DNA of 64,000 bases. Origin: Chrysomallon squamiferum. Taxonomy: Eukaryota > Animalia > Mollusca. The stretch lies in NCBI GenBank assembly GCA_012295275.1, contig CM022677.1, forward strand, positions 7,936,001 to 8,000,000, read 5' to 3'. Under the pieces are notes generated by a model. It saw only the letters and a list, made by a program, of their open reading frames with translations. It was not told the DNA's origin and did no database searches. Of this stretch, positions 51,727 to 64,000 are shown one piece after another (within the stretch, counting starts at the first letter, position 1; the number at the start of each line of letters is the position of its first letter). A program made the translations under genes and the position numbers.

Positions 51727-54700
51727 TATATATGTATTATACATTTTTGAGACAATACAAAACTATTCCAAGTCATATTACCTCAGAAAAAATAAAACTG
51801 ACAGAAAATGAATGATTGACAGTATTTTTCAAATTTTAAGTATGAATTTAACTGATTCTTAAACTTACAAATGTTTCCCAACTACAATCATTCGAAATCA
51901 AAATGCCAAAATAAATACATTTTCAACAATAACCCAAAATTTTTCATACTTTTTAACCTTATATTTTTTGCCGTCGGGCAATTCTGTTTCAAATTAACTA
52001 AAATAAATAGATTCTTAAACAGTAACACAGAATAAGTCATTGATATATTTTTCATGATATCTGATATGAATTTAACTGATTTTAAACCTTATGTTTTTTG
52101 ACAATAACACAGAATAACCCATGACTTATGACTTTTTCACAATTTCTACTTCAGCTTCCAATTACAAAATTAGTCAAACATTTAGTACAGTATTTACAGG
52201 GCTGTTCTAAAATGAAGTAAATTGTTCAGACTTTGTACAAGTGTGGTTCTGAGATAGGAGAAACCAAAGTGAAAGAGTTTGAAATTGAGTTTGAAAGACT
52301 TCAGAGCAAAATTGACCACCTCAAGTCACAGAATGACTTTGCTAACCTGACGCTGAATGAGAGCAAGTCCTACTCGGAGAGGTTGACTGTGTTGATGGGG
52401 AAGTATGAGTCTAACAACACAGCGCTGCAATTGGCAATTAACTACTCTGATCAGACGATAGAGGCGTATGAAGTGTTGTGTGTTCTGCTGGAGAGTGAGA
52501 TGGGAGTTTTGTTAGCTAACTGTAGAGCTGCAGGACTTGGAAGTCTGGGTGAGTTTACAACTAAAATTCTTATTTAAAAATATATTATTTCAGTAATTGC
52601 TACATCACTGAAATTCATTCTTTTTTATACGTAAATGAAGTTAATTTTTGTATGTGTGTGTGTGTAAGTATCTTTACAATTTCAGTATTAGTGATTATTA
52701 ATTTCAGAATGAGTATATATGTTTGTGTTGTGTCTGTGTGTGCATGTGTGTGCGTCATTTATTTATCATTTAAAAATTCAGCATCTAAAGAATTTTCAGT
52801 ATGCATGTATTTCATTTCAGTAAGAAGGATTTAATTTCAGTGTCTATAGCTGTTAATATATAGACACTGAAATTAACCTAATGTACAGATGCTGAAAAGA
52901 GTTAATTTTTGACATCTGTGCATGTTAGTGTATTATGCTAACTCCAATAAGTCTGTATGCTAATTTTACTAAATGTGTATTTAATTTCAATGTTAATTTC
53001 AGTAAAGGAGTGTGAGGATCAGGTGGAGGTGACATCTATACTACAGAGAGCTCATCACTCGAGGAAGTCTGCTGAAGGCGTGGCTCGACATCTACTTCAC
53101 AAACTGGACAGAAGCTGTGGAGTTCACACCACACCCTGTATTTCTCACCCCTGGAAAGATCTCTCTTCTAACAGTAGAACTGCAAGGTGATGCTTTACTT
53201 GAAGTCTTTTTGTATTAAATGGATTTTGTTTTCCATTATTTTTAGTTTTAGTTTTTTTAATACTGAAACTGACTTTGTTAATTAATACACTCTGGTATTC
53301 TACTTTGACTTTGTTTATACTTTACTGTAATTGCTTCTCTGTCTAATAAGATTTTTGTCTTTAGCATTTTAACGATTCTCTTAAAGTTTAATACTGAAAT
53401 TGACTGTATTTTATACATTAATAGTTTGTTTTTCAATATTTAAACTGACTTTATATTTAAATGGACTGTATTTTTTTACCTTCAAAAACAGAGACAATAC
53501 CTTTGTATTGAATTTAATCTACATTGTTTTGAATACTTAAAGTAATTGTGTTTTTATATCTAAATTATCTTTATTTTGTACTTTATTGGAATTTATTTTT
53601 ATACCTTTGTTATTTCTTTTATTACCCAAAATCGACTTATAATTAAAAAAACCCATAGTTTTGCATCTAACTGGGTTTTTTTTCTTACTAAGATAAATGT
53701 AGATTTTGTAGTATATTAAAGTATATGCTGTAATTAACTGGACTTTGCATTAACTATCTTTCTAAAAGGATTTTATCCTAACTTATAGAATTATAAATTT
53801 CAAGTTGATTAACTGACTTTTCCATGACTAGTGATAATCTTTACCAAATTTTCATTTTGAATTGTCCATCACGTCCAGTTCTACAATCTTCACCAATCTC
53901 GATGAACAGAGACTGCGAGAGTACATTCAGAAGAATTACCTGGCAGCGGTCAGAATGACCGTCATGGAGCTGGAGAGTTTACACTTTGATCCTCTGCTTG
54001 ATGAACCCAAGAAAACTCCAGAAGCTCAAAGACTGGATTTGGAAAATGCTGTGTTAATGCAGGAGTTGATGGCTATGAAGGGCAGTCTTATGAAATGTAG
54101 CTCCAACCAAGCATCTGACCTTCTTTGGGAAGGAAAAAAAATCAAACAGGCTAATCAAACAGGCATTCTTAATTTTCTTAATTTAGTAATGAAAATTGTG
54201 TTTCAGTTTTTTACTATATTAACTTGCATTTACTTGTACTTTTTCTTTATTTTTTTTTTTTTTTTTATTAATGGCAGTTTGGTCTTTGTGTCTTATTCCA
54301 TTTATATTAAACCATTTTCTGAATTCTAGGCAGACTGAATATACACACTTTGGACTCTGTCATGATATTGTTTCACAGGTAGAGAAGGTTTGAACTTTGT
54401 CATTTACATATGAATTGTTTTTCAGGAGGAGAAGGCAGAGCTAAAAGGCAGAACTACTTGATGGAGAAGAAGAGAGTCTGGAGTTGAGCCTGAGTGGTAA
54501 GGAGTCACAGGAGCAGGCCTACAGAGTACAGATAGAGCATCTCAAGTGTGAGATCTCAGAGCACCAGCAGAGACTGGGCAGAGACGGCAAACACAAACAT
54601 GTGATTATCTCTGTTTTATCTATCATTTTATCTCTTCTAGCTAGACTAGCAGGTATATAAACAGTGGAAACATACATAGTAGATATATTTCACATTTTTG

Positions 54701-56402
54701 ATTTTATTATTTGCGTGCTTTAAACGTTGATTTAAACAGATAAAAAATTAAATAATAATAACCAACTTCATATACTGATTTTATTATGTGTGTATTCTAA
54801 AACACTGATTTGTCATATAAACACATCTAAATAATAATAATAACTTACTTGATAGACTGTCTATTTATTTTATTAAGTGAGCATTCTAAATGTATTGACT
54901 TGTTCCTATAAACACAGAAAACTAAAGAATAACTTACTATATAATGTCATGATTCTGTGTGTCATAACTACTGATGCTGTATTCGCAGTTCTTTATTATA
55001 ATTTTAAACAGTATGTTTTCTAAGAATACTGTGTGTAACAGAAATGTAATAATAAAATAATGATAGGTTGTCATAACATTGATTTAATATGCCATAACTA
55101 CTGAACTTGTTCTTTTAAAATAATAATGAATTCAAAACCTTTGTAATTATTAAAATTTTAAATGTTTTAAATCTTGATTTATCATTTAATAATTTTAATT
55201 TTATTAGGTAACTGAGTTTCAATCATTTATCATCATGATGAAGAAGATAATTGTTTATGGTTTATACAATTTTAATTTAATTATTATTTGTATATCATAA
55301 TGACCAGGATGATAATCTGATAGCTTTCATAATTACTAAAATATTTCAGTGAATAATCATTTATCATCAGGATGATGAAGATGAGGAGCTGACAGTGCGA
55401 GCTATCTGTGAGTTGAGATTGAATGATGTGATGGAGATAGCTCAGGACCTGTGTGAGTCGCTCAGAAGAGAAAAAACAACTCAAATTCAGAGTACAAGAG
55501 TTAGTGGCTGCTCTAGAGAAAATCTCTAAAAACTCAGAAATCAGACATCAGCAGTCAGCAGAGTTTGTCAGTGACCTGAAACAAGCTAACAGGTAAACAT
55601 ACAGGTGTATGCATGCACGTCACACATATCTACATATATGCATACGTACACACTTGCTCATGCAAACACATACACAAATTTCAAACATAAGTTAATTTTA
55701 TATTTAGAGACATTTTAATACTAAACTTATTATTATAACCTAAACTGCCATAATGTCATTGATTTCCTTTTGATTGGTGTACAAATGTTTGCATTACATA
55801 TATACTTACCCAAGCAAACACACATACACACATTTTCAAACATTCAAATTATATTTAGAAATATTTTAATACTAAGCTTATTATATGAATATTATAAATC
55901 TAAACTGCCATAGTGTCATTGATTTTATTTTTTCCTTTTTACTGCATTTTTTTGCAAGATTTTTTGTTTAGTATTAAAATCACTTTTACTGATATTGTTC
56001 TTATTAACATTTATATATTTTTAATATAAATTAAAATCTAATTTTATTTTCTGCTTTTTCTGATAGCGTTAGTATTTCTTTGACATGATTGAGGTATCTA
56101 ATATTACATATTTTTATTTCACTTTATTTTTTGTTCTATAATGTCTTTATTATCATTAGTATTTTTGTTAAATAAATAATTTAATTTTACATCTTATTAT
56201 TTCACTTTATTTCATAAATCACTAATATCATTTTACTTTTTTAAACCAAACTTACATAATAGTTACATAGCTTTTTAATATTACTTTGATATCATTAGTA
56301 TTTTTGTAACATAAAATATATTATAATTTTATATTTCTTTATATTTTACTTATATTTTGACTGATTACCAGCATATCTCCATAAAGTAAATTCTCTTTCT
56401 AG

Positions 56403-56785
56403 TATTGGTAAAAAGGTATCATTAACACTACCATGCACGTCAACATTAGAAAAACAAGAGAAACAACACCATCAGAGGCTGTATCTGCAACAGAACAAGA
56501 TCAGACAGAGACTTGGGAAGGCAACATTCATGAGATGTTTCACCACATTGATGATTCGAAGGACTGAGCTAGTCGTGTTCCTGATTCAGACAACAGAGTG
56601 GGACCAATGCACCCAGGTCCCTATCCCTTACTTCAGCATCACACAAATCTAGGCCATTTTCTACAGATGGGACACAGAAGACTTTTGATAATGTGAATCA
56701 ACAGTCTGCTGTCAAGTGATCTGTCAGGCCTGTGTTAGAATGTTTTCAGAAACCTCTCAACAGCGGCAGGTATGTTTTATTAGTT

Positions 56786-56862
<77 letters not shown>

Positions 56863-58123
56863 ATGAATGATAATAATCAAAATAACATATGCACTAACCA
56901 GACAAATGTAGATGGATAAAAAAAAAAATTATTATGTTCATGTTGGAATTGCTAAAAACATTGTTTACTGTTGATGTTAAATATACTTTTGCAGTATTGT
57001 TCAGTTGTTGTCTAGAAAGGGAATTTACATTATGGAGAAGGATGAATCAGCTGTACAGACACTGCAGACTGCACAATTCCAAGTTGTAAGTTTTTTAATC
57101 TTATTTTTGTTTCTTAGTAAGTAAAATAAGTTTTATAGTAACAACTCTTCACTGATTGTAAAACAGCATAATAATAATCATTTGTTTCCTGTTGTTTTGT
57201 TAATTATTTAAATTATTACCATTATCATCATTATCATTATAATGATTATACAAAGTATATTAAAAAATATCCAACACCCCTTTATGTCTGAATAATCCAG
57301 TAACTGATAACAGCAAAATTTTAATTTTAATAATAACAGAAACGTTAGCTTTTTATTTATAACAGTTTATTATTTTTATTATTTTATTTTATTTTTTTTT
57401 TTTTTCAGTTTGCACATAATTGATGTTGAGGTTTGCTAGTAAGTTGTTTCAGTAGAAGGTGCTGTCCAGCACTGAGGATAAAGTTTGTACTGCTGCCATT
57501 GGAAAAGAGAAAAAAAAACTAAACAGGTGAATTTGAGTTTGTTTTCTTATGTATTTCTCATTATTCTAAACCTAATGAAGTTTAATTTAAATTAATGTAG
57601 GAAGTTGGATTTTGTAACATGTACCAGTAAGTACACATGTACATACATTAGAATCTTGTATTATACACTGCATTTTAATTCATGTTCTCTCTCTCTCTCT
57701 CTCTCTCTTTACAACACACACACACACAAACACACAAACACAACACAACAGATCCATTCATATAAACCAGATTCTTTTGTTGTAAATTTCTATGTTTTAA
57801 AACAAAAGAAAAAGAAGCATCATATTTTATGAGTATTTTAAAATGTTTGACTTTCCTGTTACCAGACTGGAACTGTCAGCCTTCACACAGTGTCACTGTT
57901 CCTGTGATGACAGACACACTAAAATACACTGGAGATGGATGTACTGTAGCTGTTGTCTATAGTTTCTATTGTCTGCAGTCTCTCAGTTTTCATGGTTTGT
58001 TTAACAGCACAATGTTTGTAAATAAAATATTGAATCAGGTTGTTAAATATATGAGTCTTAATAACTAGTTAATCAACAAAATTATAATATTAGATCTGGT
58101 TTTCTTTTTTGTTGTTGAATATG

Positions 58124-58213
<90 letters not shown>

Positions 58214-60012
58214 ATAGTGAAGAGAGTAAAAAATATCATTTTTATTATTAATTGATAGTAATTTTAGTAATAGGAGTATTATTTTAATAACTAATCCTAG
58301 TTGAATAAGAAATAATAGTAAATAGTAGTTATAGTAATGATGGCTATACAAATAGTATAGTAATTGCAGTAAATGTAGTAGTAGCAGTATTTTATATTTT
58401 ATTTATTTATTTATTTATTTACTCAGACTAGGCATCCACCAATGAGATGTGTCAGCAATATACTAAACTGTGGATTTAAACTGTTTATTTTCAGAAGTTA
58501 AATCAGCTTGTTAAGGATAAAAATATTCAAGAAATTGTTGATAAATACAAACTCAGATTGACATTTTGGAACAAAGAGCAGCTCGAGTCTCCAGTAGAGT
58601 TGAAGTATTTGGTGCTGTCCAGCAGGTATTTAAATACATTATTCATTGTAAACCTTTCCATTTTATTTCAGTTTTAAATAATTCTATGCAAAATATTTTC
58701 TCTTATACTGAATTAAACTGCATATTTGAAAAAATAATACCTTTGTATTTTTGTAAAATGATGCACTGAAAATGAATAGAATCAATGTAATAATTTGCAG
58801 GACATCCTAATAGAGTAGTGAACAGAACATTTGTATAAATTTGTAATTTGATGTTATTAATATCTCACTCTAATCTGAAATACATACATTTAATACATTT
58901 AATACATACATTTAATTAATCTACGTGGTAGGGCTAAAGATATTTACATTATTTTGAAATTTGGTAGACGGATGGAATTTTGGTGGATTTGAAAGGTTGT
59001 AATTTGAAAGGTGCATAAATTGGCTTGAAAGATTTAGCTTCTTTTGTTATTTTGTCACATGCATGTGTAATGTTGTCTTTGTTTTAAATACATTTTAAAA
59101 ATACCTAAATGATTCATTATTGAACTGTTAGCTGATAATTGTGGTTTATTTATAAGACAAAATATATTTCATTAATGATAAAAATTTAAATTACATTAAA
59201 GTGGCAGGAAAGAATATTACAATTAAATATTTTAATTAATCAAATAATTTATTATTAACAATTGCTAAAGGTCAATTAAAGATTGTCAGAATAATCTCAA
59301 ATGTATTTTCATCATTTTAGTATATTAGTATTTCAAGTAGACTCAGTATTAGAATACCATTTTCTTACTGTCTAATACAATAGATGTATATGTTAAAAAT
59401 GTTTACTTAATATTCCTGGCAGTCTTCATAAACTGGACTAAAAGTCTAAAACACAGTGTAAATATCAAATTTCACCAAGTTACAGAAGTATTCAAATAAA
59501 TTAAAACATATTTTTCATAATCTCTTTTATTGATGTATTGGTATTTTAATCCTTTTATATAAAAGTTAAAAACATAATGTAAATCTGATTGCAAATAAGA
59601 ATATAAAAACATTTAATAAATTATTTTTATCAAAAGTATATGGAAAAAAAATGTGGACTAAAACTCTTCTTGCTAAGACAGTGAACTGCAGTTAGAGCTG
59701 ACAACAAAAATACTACTTGCACTTTATTTTATGTTTAGTTTATTAATGAATATCATATTTTGTTGTAGGATCCTAGACAACAGATTCAAGCTGCCTTAGC
59801 CAGCACTTCAGTTGAAAATGTTGTAAGACCCATTTTCAGAAAAGGTTCACTAGAGCACCAGAATGCTATTACATCACAGTCTTCCCTGTCCAGAGAAAGC
59901 TCAACACTTTCAAGAGAAAATCTGTTTGAAATGTAATTTGTAACTCAGTGATCTCCAAGAGACTACATTGTCAATGTGACCAGAACATCCAGTGTACACA
60001 TTGTACTTCATA
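56403..60012 (+). pseudogene. Decayed multi-exon gene; exons 56403-56769, 56995-57085, 57409-57526, 58495-58625, 59769-about 60012 (paralog of the Cys/His-rich exon at 28916-29161)
   Basis: Consensus splice sites; ...QIDILEQRAARVSSRVEVFGAVQQ joins in phase 0 to DPRQQIQAALASTSVENVVRPIFRKGS; multiple stops and shifts. Confidence 0.55.
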
Positions 60013-60245
60013 CCTTTTTTTATCTTTGATGTATGCATAGTTATTCTAATTTTTATTGCTGAAAGAGGAATGGAGATCCTGTTTTTTTAGAGATTTAAAT
60101 TTATATTTAAATTACTTGTTATTTATTATTAAACCCTATTATAATAAGACTGATGATGTTTATTTATAATAATTTCTTTCTGTCATTATGAAACTCAATG
60201 GAAAAATACTTATTATTCTATTAAGTTGTATTATTGTATCTACAG

Positions 60246-60650
60246 GAAAGACATTATTCTGGAATCAACTTCAGTTACAAGAATATGGAGAAGACTATAA
60301 GGGTTGCTTCAAACAGTTGAGATATCTACTGATATAGACCAAGTTTCCAGACAGAGAAGTTGTTGACAATATATGTCAGTGTTGATTGATTGTTCTCCAA
60401 TAGTTAACAGTGGATGATTCTTGGTTTTATCAGGAAGGCAGTAAAACAACTTCCACTATAATGACTAAGGACACTGCAAAAGCTCTGTGCGGTTCTACAT
60501 TACAAATTAGTGCAGAAGAAATGAAAAGATGTGGAGAATGATATTTACAGATAGACAACAAGCAGGTTCCAGCTTAAAGTTGTTTTCATAAACAATATTG
60601 GAAGTTAACTTGAGAGCTACCATTTGAAGAAATGGAAAGATGATTGACAG
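60246..60650 (+). pseudogene. Coding-like relic exon truncated by the satellite
   Basis: tctacag acceptor; KTLFWNQLQLQEYGEDYKGCFKQLRYLLI*...WFYQEGSK...; several stops. Confidence 0.3.
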
Positions 60651-60654
60651 AGAT

Positions 60655-62822
60655 AGTATGTGTGGGTGTATCACCAATAGTGACAATTGTTACTCTGATA
60701 ATAGTATGTATGTGTGTATATCAGCAATAGTGATAACTGCTACTCTGATAATAGTATGTATGTGTGTATATCAGCAATAGTGATAACTGCTACTCTGATA
60801 ATAGTATATATATGTATATATCAGCAATAGTGATATTGCTACTCTGATAATAGTTTGTGTGTGTGTGTATCAGCACTAGTGATAGTAGTATGCGTGTGCA
60901 TATCAGAATAGTGATAATTGCTACTCTGATAATAGTATGTATGTGTGTATATCAGCAATAGTGATAACTGCTACTCTGATAATAGTATATATATGTATAT
61001 ATCAGCAATAGTGATATTGCTACTCTGATAATAGTTTGTGTGTGTGTGTATCAGCACTAGTGATAGTAGTATGCGTGTGCATATCAGAATAGTGATAATT
61101 GCTACTCTGATAATAATAGTGTGTGTGTGAGTATTTCACCAATAGTGATAATTTCTACTCTGATAAGTGTGTGTGTCAGTGTTTCATCAATTGTGATAAT
61201 TGCTACTCTCATAATAGTATGTGTGTGAGTTTGTGAGTGTATCAATAATAGTGATAACTGCTACTCTGATAATACTGTGTGTATGAGTTTATCAGCAATA
61301 GTGATGATTGCTACTCTGATAATGGTGTGTGTGTGTGTGTGTGTGTCAGCAATACTGATAACTACTACTCTGATAATAATATGTGTGTGTGTTTGTCAAT
61401 AGTGACTATTGCTACTCAGATAATAGTCTGTGTCAGTGTATCAGCAATAGTGATAATTACTTATCAGATAATAGCATGTGTGTTTGTGTGTATGTGTCTG
61501 TGTGTGTTTATCACCAGTAGTGACAATTGCTACTCTGATAATAGTGTGTATGTGTGTGTGTGTAAATGTATTGGCAATAATATTTGCTACTCTGATAATA
61601 GTGTGTGTAACATCAATAGAGATAACTAATAATAATAATATAAGTGTGTATGTGTATCAGCCATACTGATAACTGCACCTCTGTGTGTGTGTGTGAGTTT
61701 ATCAGCAGTAGTGATGATTGCTTCTTTGATAATAGTATGTATGTGTATATTGTCATAACTGCTTCTCTGATAATATTGTGCGTGTATCAGCAATACTGAT
61801 AACTGCTACTCTGATAATAATCTGTGTGTGTGTGAGTGTATAAGCAATAATGATATTTGCTACTCTGACAATAGTATGTGTGTATATCAGCAATACAAAT
61901 AACTACTAATAATAGTTTAAGTGTGTGTATGTGTGAGTGTATCAGCAATAGTGATAATTCCTACTCTGGTAATAGTGTGTGTGTGTGTGTGTGTGTGTGT
62001 GTATTAGCAATAGTGACAATTCCTACTCTGGTAATAGTGTGTGTTTGTGTATCAGAAATAGTCACTGTTGCTAGTCTGACAATAGTATGTGTGTATATCA
62101 ACAATACAGAACTACTACTAATAATGGTATAAGTGTGTGTGTGTGAGTGTATCAGCAATAGTGATAATTGCTTCTGTGATAATGGTATATGTGTGTGTTT
62201 GTGAGTGTATCAGCAATAGTGAGGATTGCTTCTGTGATAATAGTATATGTTTCTGTGAGTATGTGTATATTGTCATAACTGCTACTCTGATAATATTGTG
62301 CGTGTATCGGCAATACTGATAACTGCCTGACTATACAGTATGTTTGTCTGTGTGTGTGTATCAGCAATAATGATAATTGCTACTCTGATATTAGTAGGTG
62401 CTACTCTGTTAATTGTGTGTGTATGTGATAAGTGATAATACTTGCTACTCTGATAATAGTGTGTGTATATCAGCAACACATACACACTAACTAATAATAT
62501 GAGTGTATGTGTGTGAGATTCACCAATAGTGATAATTTCTACTCTGATAATAGTGTGTGTTTGAGTGCATCAGCACTAGTGATAACTGCTACTCTGATAA
62601 TAGTAAGTGTGTGTGTGGTACTGTGTATGTGTGTATCAGTAACAGTGATAACTGCTAGTCTGATAATAGTGTGTGTCTGTGTGTATCAGCACTAGTGATA
62701 ACTGCTAGTCTGATAATAGTGTGTGTGTGTGTGTGTGTATCATCATGTGTGTGTAACAGCTGCTACCTGTGTGTGTGTGTGTGTATCAGCAATAGTGATA
62801 ACTGCTAGTAACTGCTAGTCTG

Positions 62823-62857
<35 letters not shown>

Positions 62858-63660
62858 CTGTGTATCAGTGATAACTGCTAGTGATAACTGTGTGTATGCA
62901 CTGTGTGTGTCTGTGTCTGTGTATCAGCACTAGTGATAACTGCTAGTCTGATGTGTGTGTCTGTGTGTATCAGCACTAGTGATAACTGCTAGTCTGATAA
63001 CTGTGTGTGTGTCTGTGTGTATCAGCACTAGTGATAACTGCTAGTCTGATAATAGTGTGTGTGTCTGTGTGTATCAGCAATAGTGATAACTGCTAGTCTG
63101 ATAATAGTGTGTGTGTGTGTGTGTAGTGTATCAGCAATAGTGATAACTGCTAGTCTGATAATAGTGTGTGTGTGTATGTGTGTGTGTAGTGTGTGTATCA
63201 GCAATAGTGATAACTGCTATGTGTGTGTGTCAATAGTGATAACTGCTAGTCTGTAATGTGTGTGTGTGTGTATCAGCAATAGTGATAACTGCTAGTCTGA
63301 TAACAGTGTGTGTGTGTGTATCAGCAATAGTGATAACTGCTAGTCTGATAACAGTGTGTGTGTCTGTGTGTATCAGCAATAGTGATAACTGCTAGTCTGA
63401 TAATAGTGTGTGTGTGAGTATATCAGCAATAGTGATAATAGTATGTGTATGTGTGTGTATGAGCAATACTGATAACTGTCAGTCTGATAATAGTGTATGT
63501 GTATGTCTGTGAGTGTATCAGCAATAATGATAATTTCTTCTCTGATAATTGGCTTTGGGTGTGTGTATCAGCAATAGTGATACTTTCTACACACATAACT
63601 GTGTGCTTGTATATCTGCAACAGTGATAATAATAGTGTGTGTGTGTGTCAGCAATGTGTT
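60655..63660 (+). repeat. Composite satellite: core TATCAGCAATAGTGATAACTGCTA(CT/GT)CTGATAATAG plus variable (TG)n spacer, about 50-bp period
   Basis: Exact 50-bp period at 60671/60721/60771/60821; 181-bp higher-order duplication (60871 vs 61052); roughly 60 units. Confidence 0.96.
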
Positions 63661-64000
63661 CAGAAATATTTGGTTATCAATTTATATGTTTAAATGTTTT
63701 AGTCTTTGGGACACAAAGGGACACATGTCTGAGTTAAAGAGCTTGAGTGGAAACTCATTAGGTAATAAATTATTTTTGTATTTTTCAGTAAAAAGTTATT
63801 TTTTAATACAGAAGATTAAAATAGAAGCTTGCAAATATTTGAGATTTATTATGTTACTATACACGTACACTTAGGAGGAAAATAACACTTGTTAATAGCT
63901 TCTCGTATTTTATAGTAGTAAACAGTTGTGTTATTATTTGTGACACATACACAGGAGGAAAATAACACTTGTATTTTATAGTAGTAAACAGTTGTGTTAC

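Larger units (their letters stand above)
48877..55592 (+). pseudogene. MCC: Unprocessed MCC-like pseudogene, copy B; exons 48877-48990, 49799-49947, 50390-50471, 52230-52548, 53003-53186, about 53865-54080, 54426-54600, 55371-55592
   Basis: TLYKCGSEIGETKVKEFEIEFERLQSKIDHLKSQND...GKYESNNTALQLA; RAHHSRKSAE; QRLDLENAVLMQELMAMK; EQAYRVQIEHLK; RVQELVAALEKISKNSEIRHQQSAEFVSDLKQAN, all collinear with MCC. Lesions: TAA at 48973, an 18-bp duplication creating a stop, donor GGCAGT at 54081, and frameshifts at about 54448, 54473 and 55476. Confidence 0.93.

Noticed and set aside
60655-63660. CRISPR-like look (palindromic repeat plus variable spacer)
   Set aside because: Spacers are (TG)n microsatellite rather than unique sequence, repeats are degenerate, there are no cas genes, and the context is eukaryotic.

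Overview
AT-rich, microsatellite-dense animal (invertebrate, probably mollusc/lophotrochozoan by inference) genomic DNA with a 200-N gap at 291-490. I found no clearly intact protein-coding gene; the window is a graveyard of duplicated gene fragments and nested transposon relics. Gene-derived content: an intronless prolyl 4-hydroxylase alpha gene broken by only two +1 frameshifts (4776-6274, -); two inverted copies of an unprocessed MCC (colorectal mutant cancer) pseudogene (1128-2098 - and 48877-55592 +); a decayed multi-exon LRR gene (38342-43126, -); and two inverted copies of an orphan Cys/His-rich terminal exon with different upstream exons (28916-30686 - and 56403-60012 +). Mobile content: a nested LINE > piggyBac > Ginger/KRBA2-like integrase composite (about 30800-36850), a 436-bp Tc1/mariner deletion derivative with intact TIRs, and a Gypsy remnant. 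Repeats include minisatellites of 21, 27, 33, 51 and 70 bp and a GATA-rich palindromic satellite of about 50 bp in both orientations. Most ORFs in the supplied track are repeat artefacts. All homology calls come from manual translation and remembered family motifs, not database searches.
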